Source: an uncultured Pseudomonadota bacterium
Lineage (GTDB): Bacteria; Myxococcota_A; Polyangia; Fen-1088
Length of the DNA stretch: 64,000 bases
Direction: 5' to 3'
Assembly: GCA_963774325.1 (NCBI GenBank)
Contig: CAVZEF010000005.1
Location: 680,296-744,295 of the forward strand
In this document: piece after piece, positions 22,970 through 31,522 of the stretch
Numbering within the stretch: the stretch's first letter is position 1
Layout: every line of letters starts with the position of its first letter
Made by a program: the position numbers and the translations under genes
Notes under the pieces: model-generated
Database searches by the model: none
The model's input: only the letters and a program-made list of their open reading frames with translations
Told to the model about the DNA's origin: nothing

Positions 22970-24010
22970 TCAACGGTCGACTCCACCACCGATCCGTCTC
23001 GCGGGCCGCGCGCGGTGGATTCGCCGCCAGGCGCCGGGAGACTCGCCGACGGCTCGGCGGAACGCGCGCGCGAACGCGGCCTCGTTCTCGTAGCCGACCT
23101 CGAGCGCGACGTCGATGACCTTGGCGTCGGTGTCGCGCAGCGAGCCCGCCGCCAGCTGCATCCGCCAGTGGGTCAGGTACTGCATGGGCGGCTGCCCGAT
23201 GAAGTGCACGAACCGCTCGTGCAGCGTCGAGCGCGAGATCGCCGCCTCCTCGCCGAGCCGGTCGAGCGTCCAGTCCTCGGCGGGCCGCGCGTGCATCAGC
23301 GCCAGCGTGCGCCCCACGCCCGGGTCGCGCATGCCGGCGAGCCAGCCGGTCTGCTCCGGGGGCAGCTCGTGGGCGTAGTGCCGCAGCACCTCGACGAACA
23401 GCATCTCGCTCATGCGCTCCAGCACCGCCTCGCCGCCGGGCCGCTTGCGGTTCGACTCCTCGACCAGCGAGCGCATGAAGCTGGCGATCCACGAGCGCCC
23501 GTCTCTGGCCAGCCCGGGGATGCGCAGCACGCGCGGCAGCGACGCCAGCAGCGGATTGAACGGCGTGGTGTCGAAGCCCAGGAACCCGCACACGACCGTG
23601 GTCCGGTCGCTGCCGCCGCCGTCGAGCAACGCCGTGGTCTGACCCTGGCCGTCGACGCTGATCGCGAACGGCAGCTGCGGCGGCTTGGGCGCGAAGAAGA
23701 CGCCCGGATCGACGACCTTGGCGCGCATGCCGGGTGCGCTCGAGATGACGTGGGGGTCGCCCTGCGGGAAGATCACGATGTCGCCTTCGTCGAGGCGCAC
23801 TGGCTCCTCGCCGGCGATCGCGGCCCAGCACGAGCCGCGCGCGACCACGTGAAATTCCATCAGGTGATCCACGCCGGGCAGGATCGCAGGGATGAGCAGC
23901 TTCGACTGGGGCGTCTCCGCGACCCAGGGATCCGCGCCCTCGACGTAGAAGAAGATCGCGCCGCGCAGGCGGATGGCACGCAGCAGGTCGGAGAGGGTGT
24001 CGGCGCTCAT
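22970..24010 (-). CDS. AraC-family regulator with cupin_6 N-terminus
   Basis: DTLSDLLRAIRL, FHVVARGSCW, PQGDPH, WTLDRL, PPMQYLTHWRM, VGYENEAAFARAF. Confidence 0.92.
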   Translation of the reverse strand: MSADTLSDLLRAIRLRGAIFFYVEGADPWVAETPQSKLLIPAILPGVDHLMEFHVVARGSCWAAIAGEEPVRLDEGDIVIFPQGDPHVISSAPGMRAKVVDPGVFFAPKPPQLPFAISVDGQGQTTALLDGGGSDRTTVVCGFLGFDTTPFNPLLASLPRVLRIPGLARDGRSWIASFMRSLVEESNRKRPGGEAVLERMSEMLFVEVLRHYAHELPPEQTGWLAGMRDPGVGRTLALMHARPAEDWTLDRLGEEAAISRSTLHERFVHFIGQPPMQYLTHWRMQLAAGSLRDTDAKVIDVALEVGYENEAAFARAFRRAVGESPGAWRRIHRARPARRIGGGVDR

Positions 24011-24129
24011 CGAGATCCGGACGAACGGCACAAGTTTCCAGACGGGCGGCAGGGCGTCAAGGTGGGGCCGTCGGGCATGGTTGGTGGCGTGGGAATGAGC
24101 CCACAGGCCCAACCGAAAGGAAAGATGCC

Positions 24130-25011
24130 ATGCCCAGCTCGACGACGAATCTCGCGCCCGTGCCCACTATGACCACCGGCCCCGCCCCTGGTCACGCGAC
24201 CGGCCTCACGATGCCCGACTACGGCGCCATCAAGACCCGCCAGCAGGCGACCTGGTCCGCGGTCGATTTCGGCCGCATCGGCGTCCGGCTGCAGATCGTC
24301 GGTGAATCGCTGTGCGAGGCGGTCGATCTCCGCGCCGGAGAGAAGGTCATCGACGTCGCGGCGGGCAACGGCAACGCGTCGCTCGCGGCCGCGCGCCGAT
24401 TCGCCGAGGTGACGTCGACCGACTACGTCGCGGAGCTGCTCGATCAGGGCTTGCGCCGCGCCGACGCCGATGGATTGTCGATGACGGCGCGGATCGCCGA
24501 CGCCGAGGACCTCCCCTTCGACGACGACAGCTTCGACGTCGCGCTGTCGACGTTCGGTGTGATGTTCGCGCCCAATCCGCCGCGCGCGGCCGACCAGATG
24601 CTGCGGGTGATCAAGCCCGGCGGCCGCATCGGTCTGGCGAGCTGGACGCCCGACGGGTTCGTGGGCCAGTTGCTGCGCGTGGTGGGCCGGTTCGTGCCGC
24701 CGCCCGCCGGCGTGACGCCCCCGACGGCGTGGGGCACGGAGACGCGCATCGTCGAGCTGTTCGGGCCGTACGCCCGCGACATCCGCACGCAACGGAAGCC
24801 CTACGTCTTTCGCTTTCTCTCGGCGGCGCACTGGATCCAGATCTTCCGCAACTTCTACGGCCCGGTGAACCGCGCGTTCGCGGCGCTCGACGCTGGCGGC
24901 CAGGCGGCGCTGCACCTGGCGCTGCTCGAACTGCTCGACGCGTGCGACGTCGGCGGCGGCCGCGGTCTGGTCGTGCCCGGCGATTACCTCGAGGCCGTCG
25001 TCACCAAGTGA
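24130..25011 (+). CDS. Class I SAM-dependent methyltransferase
   Basis: IDVAAGNGN, DAEDLPF, STFGVMFAP, KPGGRI; divergent from AraC. Confidence 0.9.
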   Translation: MPSSTTNLAPVPTMTTGPAPGHATGLTMPDYGAIKTRQQATWSAVDFGRIGVRLQIVGESLCEAVDLRAGEKVIDVAAGNGNASLAAARRFAEVTSTDYVAELLDQGLRRADADGLSMTARIADAEDLPFDDDSFDVALSTFGVMFAPNPPRAADQMLRVIKPGGRIGLASWTPDGFVGQLLRVVGRFVPPPAGVTPPTAWGTETRIVELFGPYARDIRTQRKPYVFRFLSAAHWIQIFRNFYGPVNRAFAALDAGGQAALHLALLELLDACDVGGGRGLVVPGDYLEAVVTK

Positions 25012-25090
25012 TCGCATCGCAACGACGTTCCCCGACCCCCGCAATCAAGTCGTCCATTGTTAGCCAACACCAGAAACGGAGATTGTTGCC

Positions 25091-26500
25091 ATGACCACTC
25101 TGCACACAACGAAGCTGGAAGACAGGATCAAGACCCTGTCGGTCGGATTCTCCGGCCGGATCTTCCTGCCAGGAAACGACGCGTACGAAGACGCGCGCCG
25201 GATCTGGAACGCGATGATCGACCGGCGGCCGGCGCTGATCGCCCGCTGCGCGTCGGTGTCCGACGTCGCGCGCGCGGTTGGCTTCGCGCGTGAGACGGGG
25301 TTGGCGCTGGCGGTGCGCGGCGGTGGCCACAACATCGCCGGCAGCGCGATCTGCGAGGGCGGCATCGTGATCGATCTGTCGGGAATGAAGGCAGCGACCG
25401 TCGACGCCGGCGCCCGCCGGGTCACCATCGAAGCCGGCGCGACGCTGGCCGACCTCGACGCCGCGACCCAGGCGCACGGGCTGGCGACGCCGGTCGGCAT
25501 CAACTCGACGACCGGCATCGCCGGCCTCACTCTGGGCGGCGGCTTCGGGTGGCTCAGCCGGAAACACGGCATGACCGTCGACAACCTGGAGGCGGCCGAG
25601 GTGGTGACGGCGACCGGCGCCGTCGTGCGCGCCAGCGGCCGAGAGGAAGACAACGAACACGCCGATCTCTTCTGGGCCCTTCGCGGCGGCGGAGGCAACT
25701 TCGGCGTGGTCACGCGCTTCACCTATCGATTGCACGCGGTCGGGCCGCAGGTGCTGAGCGGCCTCATCGTCTATCCGATGGCGCAGGCCAAGTCGGTGCT
25801 GCAGCAGTACCGCGCCTTCATGGCGACGGCGCCCGACGAGCTCTGCGTCTGGACCGTTCTGCGCAACGCGCCGCCGCTGCCGTTTCTGCCCGAGAGCGCT
25901 CACGGCCAGCCGGTCCTGGCGCTGGCGTTGCTGTACGCCGGCGATCCCGACCAGGGCCGCGCGCTGGTCGATCCGCTGCACCACCTGGGCACGCCGGTGG
26001 GCGCGTTCGTGGGCGAGCAGCCGTACACCGCCTGGCAGCAGGCGTTCGATCCGTTGCTGGCGGCCGGTGCGCGAAACTACTGGAAGTCGCACAACTTCAC
26101 GCAGCTCGACGACGGTCTGCTCGACGTGGTGCTCGGGTACGCCGAGAGCCAGCCCTCGCCCCAGTGCGAGATCTTTCTCGCGGCGCTCGGCGGTGCCACC
26201 ATGCGGCCGGCGCCCGACGCGACGGCGTACGCTCATCGCGAGACACGCTTCGTGATGAACGTCCACGGCCGCTGGGAGGATCCGGCAGACGACCAGCGCT
26301 GTATCGGCTGGGCGCGCGACTTCTTCGCGGCGACGAAGCCGTTCGCCACCGGCGGCGTCTACGTGAACTTCATGACCGCCGACGAGAGCGAGCGCATCCC
26401 GGCCGCGTACGGCTCGAACTATCGCCGGCTGGCCGAGATCAAGGCGAAGTACGATCCGGACAACCTGTTCAGCGCGAACCAGAACATCCAGCCGGGCTGA
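25091..26500 (+). CDS. FAD-binding oxidoreductase (BBE/6-hydroxy-D-nicotine oxidase-like)
   Basis: VRGGGH (covalent FAD His), GLTLGGGFGW, LRGGGGNFGVV, YVNF, KYDPDNLF. Confidence 0.92.
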   Translation: MTTLHTTKLEDRIKTLSVGFSGRIFLPGNDAYEDARRIWNAMIDRRPALIARCASVSDVARAVGFARETGLALAVRGGGHNIAGSAICEGGIVIDLSGMKAATVDAGARRVTIEAGATLADLDAATQAHGLATPVGINSTTGIAGLTLGGGFGWLSRKHGMTVDNLEAAEVVTATGAVVRASGREEDNEHADLFWALRGGGGNFGVVTRFTYRLHAVGPQVLSGLIVYPMAQAKSVLQQYRAFMATAPDELCVWTVLRNAPPLPFLPESAHGQPVLALALLYAGDPDQGRALVDPLHHLGTPVGAFVGEQPYTAWQQAFDPLLAAGARNYWKSHNFTQLDDGLLDVVLGYAESQPSPQCEIFLAALGGATMRPAPDATAYAHRETRFVMNVHGRWEDPADDQRCIGWARDFFAATKPFATGGVYVNFMTADESERIPAAYGSNYRRLAEIKAKYDPDNLFSANQNIQPG

Positions 26501-26509
26501 GGCGGCGGC

Positions 26510-27220
26510 TCACGCCATGCGAAAGTCGGGGTCCCAGCCGAGCTCTCGCAGCACCTTGTCCGTCGCTGCGTGAGGGCTCGGCTCGGCGACGTTGTAGGCA
26601 CCCGGCGCGCCGCGCTCGATCGCCAGCACGGCGGCTTGCGCGGCGGCGTCGACGTGGACGCCCGGGCTGCCCGCCGGCTTGGCGTTGGCGCCCGGGCCGT
26701 AGAACCAGCCATAGCGCAGCACCACGCCCTCCACGGGGCGCGCGCCGAGCACGGCGCTCTCCAGCGCGATGACTCCGTCCTGGACCGGATCGATCACATC
26801 GGCTTCGCTGTGCGGCTCGGGCCCGGGCGCGTAGACCCAGACGATGCTCTGCGCGATCAGGCGGCGCGCGCCGGCGGCGTGCGCCGCGGCCACCAGGTTG
26901 GACGTCGCCTCGGTGCGCAGGCGCGCGTTGCGCGCGAGCGTGTCGTTCACCTTGTCGGGCGCGAAGCCGCCCGCCAGGTCCGTGAGCTGATGGATGATCA
27001 CGCCCGGCGATACGCCGGCGACCGCGCGCACGAGCGCCTGCCGGTCATAGGCGTCGACGATCACCGGCGTCACGCCCATCCGCTCCAGCTCTGCCGCGCG
27101 CTCCAGCGAGCGCGTCGTCCCGAAAACCTGGTACCCGCTCCGGCGCAGCAGCGGAATCATGCGCCGGCCGATGACGCCGGCCGCCCCAGCGACGAAGATC
27201 CGTTCTCCCGACACGACCAT
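26510..27220 (-). CDS. NAD-dependent epimerase/dehydratase
   Basis: IFVAGAAGVIG, IHQLTDL, AQSI, LRYGWFYGP, VHVDAAA. Confidence 0.88.
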   Translation of the reverse strand: MVVSGERIFVAGAAGVIGRRMIPLLRRSGYQVFGTTRSLERAAELERMGVTPVIVDAYDRQALVRAVAGVSPGVIIHQLTDLAGGFAPDKVNDTLARNARLRTEATSNLVAAAHAAGARRLIAQSIVWVYAPGPEPHSEADVIDPVQDGVIALESAVLGARPVEGVVLRYGWFYGPGANAKPAGSPGVHVDAAAQAAVLAIERGAPGAYNVAEPSPHAATDKVLRELGWDPDFRMA

Positions 27221-27393
27221 GGTGTGTCTCCATTCCTCACCGTCAAGCGTAGAGCCGGATCGATGTCGTGGCCAGCACGACCGTGACGGAGCGCCGCGCG
27301 TAACGGCGTAATTTTTCTGTCACCGATCGACGAGGATCGCGCTCTGTGCACATGCGGGCGAGTGATCACGCAATCGAGGAGGAGGAATGAATC

Positions 27394-28644
27394 ATGAAGA
27401 ACCTACAAAGCAGACGCAGTGTTGATGGATGCAAACGATTCGCGCGCCTCGCGAGTCTCGGTACGATCGTGCTCGCCGCCGGTTGCGGCAACAGTTCGAA
27501 CACGCAGGCCGTCAATGACGGCAGCAAAGATCCCGTCATGGTCGCGCAGGGGCAGCAGATCTTTCGCTTCGACACGTTCGGCGACGAGACCAAGTGGACC
27601 GACGCGCTTCACCTGAATGACGTGATCACGGCGGCGGTCGATCCCACGACCGCGCTCTCCGTCGGGCTCAAGGTCGACGCTGACGCCTTGCCGGCCGACG
27701 TCGTCGCCGCGATCCAGAGCGGCGCCGTCGATCTCACCAGTCCCGCCACGACGATCACGCTGCTCAAGCTCAACGCCGTCGTCGGCGTCCAGGGGACGGT
27801 CACGAACGTCAACGGCGTCGATACGCTCTCGCGCGTGGGCATCACCTGCGCGCTCTGCCACTCGACCGTCGACGACTCATTTGCGCCCGGAATCGGCAAG
27901 CGGCTCGACGGGTGGGCCAACCGCGATCTCAATCCAGGCGGGATCATCGCGCTGTCGCCGGCATTGACCGCGGATCAAAAGGCGGTCTTCGGCTCATGGG
28001 GCAAGGGCCTCTACGATCCGCGCTACAACCAGGACGGCCAGAACGGGCCGCAGGCGATCCCGCCCGCGTATGGGCTCGAGGGCGTCCACAAGGTCACGGT
28101 CACTGGTGACGGTGACAACCTCGAGTACTGGAATCGCTACGTCGGGGTCACCCAGATGGGCGCTCACGGAACGTTCTCGGAACCGAGAACCGGCGTCAAC
28201 GTCACGAACGGTACCGACGATCTGATCAGCGACAAGCTGGCGCCGCTGCAGGCGTATCAGCTGTCGTTGCCGGCGCCGGCGCCCCCGGCGGGCAGCTTCG
28301 ACACCGGAGCGGCCGCGCGCGGAAAGGTGGTATTCGACGGCGCGGGCAAGTGCGCTTCCTGCCACAGCGGGCCGCAGCTCACCGACGCCAACTCCCGCCT
28401 GCATTCGCCCAGCGACGTGGTGAGCGAGCCCGAGCCCAACGGGGCGCCGAGCTACGCGTCGCGCAGCGCGACCAAGATGTACCGGACGGCTCCGCTGGCC
28501 GGCCTGTGGCAGCACCCGCCGTACTTCCACAACGGCAGCGCGGCGACGCTGGCCGACGTCGTGTCGACGTACAATACGCGAAAGACGTTGAATCTCGGCG
28601 CCGATCAGATGTCGGATCTGGTCGAATACCTGAAGTCTCTGTAA
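27394..28644 (+). CDS. Di-heme c-type cytochrome lipoprotein
   Basis: Lipobox LAAGC, CALCH, CASCH, PYFHNGSAATL..VV (peroxidase/RoxA-like C-terminus), strong SD GAGGAGG. Confidence 0.85.
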   Translation: MKNLQSRRSVDGCKRFARLASLGTIVLAAGCGNSSNTQAVNDGSKDPVMVAQGQQIFRFDTFGDETKWTDALHLNDVITAAVDPTTALSVGLKVDADALPADVVAAIQSGAVDLTSPATTITLLKLNAVVGVQGTVTNVNGVDTLSRVGITCALCHSTVDDSFAPGIGKRLDGWANRDLNPGGIIALSPALTADQKAVFGSWGKGLYDPRYNQDGQNGPQAIPPAYGLEGVHKVTVTGDGDNLEYWNRYVGVTQMGAHGTFSEPRTGVNVTNGTDDLISDKLAPLQAYQLSLPAPAPPAGSFDTGAAARGKVVFDGAGKCASCHSGPQLTDANSRLHSPSDVVSEPEPNGAPSYASRSATKMYRTAPLAGLWQHPPYFHNGSAATLADVVSTYNTRKTLNLGADQMSDLVEYLKSL

Positions 28645-28799
28645 ATACACGAATCGCCGTCGCGTGCGATGAGCGGCACAATTGGAATTGCGCAAACCCC
28701 GGCGCGCCGGCGCCGGGTGATTTGCTGAGGTGAGATAAAAATCACACTCCGGGAGTCTTTTCCTGTCACCAACGCCTCCGAGTCTTTATCCAAGGACTC

Positions 28800-29534
28800 G
28801 TGGACAAAGTCGTCAAGACCGGTGTTGAGGCAGCTCCCGGTGGCCCGATAACGGCGGCGCAGGGCGATGAGTACCTGGTCGAGCGCGCCAAGCTCGGAGA
28901 CATGGCGGCCTGCGAGGCGCTCATGAGGCGGCACAACCAGCGTCTTTATCGTGTCATCCGGTCGGTGTTGCGCACCGGCTCCGACGTCGAGGACACGATG
29001 CAGGACACGTATCTGGCGGCGCTGCGCAACCTCGACCAGTTCGAGGGGCGCGCCAAGTTCGGCACCTGGCTGATCAAGATCGGGCTCAACGTGGCGCTGG
29101 CCCGCATGCGCCAGCGCATGCGCGTGGTCGCGCTCGACGATCTGCCCGACCTGGACGAGCCGGAGGTGGAGCTCGATGCGCGCGCGGAGACGCCGGAACA
29201 GCAGGTGTCGAACAACGAGATGGTCGCCATGGTCGAGGAGGCGATCGATCGCCTGCCCTACGACTATCGGCAGGTGTTCGTCCTGCGCACGGTCGAGGCG
29301 CTCGACACGCAGGAGACGGCCGAGCTCCTCGGTCTCAACGAGGTCGCGGTGAGGCAGCGGCTGCACCGCGCGCGAGAGATGATTCAAGCCGACATCCAGC
29401 GCCGCATCGGCGCCGCGGCACGCAGTGCGTTCGGGTTTCTCGGCCGTCGGTGCGACCGCGTCGTGGCGAAGGTGCTCCGCCGTCTTCGGGATGACGACGA
29501 AGACGACGACATGGCCGGCCGCGGCTGGAATTGA
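28800..29534 (+). CDS. ECF RNA polymerase sigma factor
   Basis: LMRRHNQRLYR, EDTMQDTY, F.TWL..I, LPYDYRQVFVLR, VRQRLHRAR; C-terminal FGFLGRRCDRVV. Confidence 0.9.
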   Translation: MDKVVKTGVEAAPGGPITAAQGDEYLVERAKLGDMAACEALMRRHNQRLYRVIRSVLRTGSDVEDTMQDTYLAALRNLDQFEGRAKFGTWLIKIGLNVALARMRQRMRVVALDDLPDLDEPEVELDARAETPEQQVSNNEMVAMVEEAIDRLPYDYRQVFVLRTVEALDTQETAELLGLNEVAVRQRLHRAREMIQADIQRRIGAAARSAFGFLGRRCDRVVAKVLRRLRDDDEDDDMAGRGWN

Positions 29535-29754
29535 GCCGCGCGCGCGCCGGCAGCTTCGGCGCGCGCGTGTGATCGTGCGCGCGATCCCAAGTTGGGCGCG
29601 CAACGAGTCGGTGTCGGTCCCCGCGACGATTGAGCGAAGTGTTCACAGAGCGCAGCCGGGAAGATCGTTACGCTTGCGCGTTCTATGCAGGGCTGCGCCC
29701 TCGTGAGCGCAGCCGCTGCGCACGCTTCCACGCTCATTGGTAAGGGAGGACAAC

Positions 29755-30582
29755 ATGTCAGTCATTCAAGTCGGGTTGGTGGACAAGACCGGAAAGCTGG
29801 ATCCGTCGTTGGTGGAGAGCACGGCTGCTGCGCTGAACATTCAGGTGATGCGTGATCTCACGCAATACTGGAACGTGCACGCGACCGTGCGCCACCTGCC
29901 GAGCGCCAGCAAGATCCCCTCGGGCGTCTGGCCGGTGTTCCTGGTGGCGAAGCTGCCGCCGGGCGAGGGCGGAGTCCACCTCGACAAGAAGAACCAACCG
30001 TACTCGCTGGTGATTGGCACACCCGACAATGACGAGTGGACCATCGACGCCAGCCACGAGACGCTGGAGATGCTCGTCGATCCGTTCGGCAACCGGCTGC
30101 AGACGTCGCGCGCGATCAAGATCGCGGGCAAGGGCGTCGAGGACACCAACGGCGAGTTCGAATACCTCGTCGAGGCGTGCGATCCGTGCGAGGGCAATCA
30201 GTACGCCTATTCGATTCACGGCATTGCGGTCTCGGACTTCATCACGCCGCGCTTCTACGACCCGGTCGTGACCGCGGGCACGCGTTACAGCTTCGGCGGC
30301 AACATCAAGAAGCCGCGACAGATCCTCCCGGGCGGCTACATCTCGTTCGTCGATCCGCAGAAGGACGAGGTCGAACAGATCCTGTTCCTCGGCGACGTGC
30401 CGGAGCTGCGCGACCTGGGCTCGGCGAGCGGGAGCAGCCTGCGCGTCTTCGTCGACGGAAAGACGCGCGAAAAGGTGCGGAACAACCGCACGCCCAATCA
30501 GGTGCTGGCGCAGGCCAATCGCCAGCACCGCGAGCTGCTCAACGCGGTGGCGGCGCGGCGGGCCAAGCAGTATCAGGACTAG
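29755..30582 (+). CDS. Hypothetical protein with HExxE...DP / EACDPCE motifs
   Basis: Clean ORF with SD GGGAGG; ASHETLEMLVDP, VEACDPCE, VSDFITP. Confidence 0.8.
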   Translation: MSVIQVGLVDKTGKLDPSLVESTAAALNIQVMRDLTQYWNVHATVRHLPSASKIPSGVWPVFLVAKLPPGEGGVHLDKKNQPYSLVIGTPDNDEWTIDASHETLEMLVDPFGNRLQTSRAIKIAGKGVEDTNGEFEYLVEACDPCEGNQYAYSIHGIAVSDFITPRFYDPVVTAGTRYSFGGNIKKPRQILPGGYISFVDPQKDEVEQILFLGDVPELRDLGSASGSSLRVFVDGKTREKVRNNRTPNQVLAQANRQHRELLNAVAARRAKQYQD

Positions 30583-30590
30583 CGGGTAAG

Positions 30591-31025
30591 TTACGGGCGC
30601 TTCGCCTCGACGCCCACGCCGCGCCGGAACACCAGGTCGCCGCCGAACCACCCGGTCACCGCGAGGCAAAGCGCTCCCGCCGCCTCCAGCCCCAGCACCA
30701 GCACGCCGGGGCTGCCGGCGGCGCCGCCGCGCAGAGCGAAGGCGACACCGAAGAGGCTCAGCATGGTGAGCGCGAGTCCGGCGTGGATCAGCGCGGCCTT
30801 GGCGTTGGCCGTCTCGGACTGCGGGATCTTCATCAGATCCGCGAACCCGGCGATCATGGCGAGGCCGGCGGCGATCAGGCCGGCGGCCTCGCTGTAGTAC
30901 GCGGTGGTGCGCCCGTCTTTCAGGACGTTGGCCCAGGCCAGCGCGTCCCAGATCGGCGTCAATGCCAGGAGCGCGATCGGGAACGCGACCAGCATCGGGT
31001 GAACCGGGTGGCGAAAGAGACGCAT
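30591..31025 (-). CDS. DUF2231 membrane protein
   Basis: HPVHPMLVAFPIAL, AGFAD, GWFGGDLVFRRGVGV. Confidence 0.85.
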   Translation of the reverse strand: MRLFRHPVHPMLVAFPIALLALTPIWDALAWANVLKDGRTTAYYSEAAGLIAAGLAMIAGFADLMKIPQSETANAKAALIHAGLALTMLSLFGVAFALRGGAAGSPGVLVLGLEAAGALCLAVTGWFGGDLVFRRGVGVEAKRP

Positions 31026-31051
31026 GCGGGAGATTCGTCCCGGCGCCGGGC

Positions 31052-31387
31052 TCAGTGCCCGAGCAGCAGGATCAGGAACGCCGCGACCGCGACCAGCGCG
31101 TGGACCACGACCAGCCAGATCGGCAGCGCGACCTTGCGGATGTGGTGGAAGAACAGCCCAAAGCCCCCCAGCGCCGCGACGATGAAGAGGACCAGCGCCG
31201 TCGTCGCGGAGGATGTCCCCTGGTGCTGCGCGACCAGCGCAATCAGCGTGACCAGGCCGGCGGCGGCGACCGCGCCGTGCACCAGCGCCAGCGCCAGCGG
31301 GGGATAGGGCTTCCCCTTGAAGCGAATCAGCGCGAGGACGATTCCGCCGACGGCGGCGACGGCAAACAGAATGAGAGCAATGTTCAT
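31052..31387 (-). CDS. Small four-TM hypothetical membrane protein
   Basis: Hydrophobic ORF with two LVH/VVH motifs; SD GGAGG. Confidence 0.8.
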   Translation of the reverse strand: MNIALILFAVAAVGGIVLALIRFKGKPYPPLALALVHGAVAAAGLVTLIALVAQHQGTSSATTALVLFIVAALGGFGLFFHHIRKVALPIWLVVVHALVAVAAFLILLLGH

Positions 31388-31486
31388 GGCGAGAGCGCCT
31401 CCACGCGCTTTGGGGGGTTCCCCGCATGGAGTCGGCTCGGGGGTGAGAGGTTACGGGCCGAGGTGCGTTTTCCTCAATCTCGCGCG

Positions 31487-31518
31487 GCCCGAGGCCCGCG
31501 GCCCGAAGCCTGAGGCCC
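31487..31518. repeat. Heptamer tandem array GCCYGMR
   Basis: GCCCGAG GCCCGCG GCCCGAA GCCTGAG GCCC; the same unit recurs near 52.3-52.4 kb. Confidence 0.75.
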
Positions 31519-31522
31519 TTCC

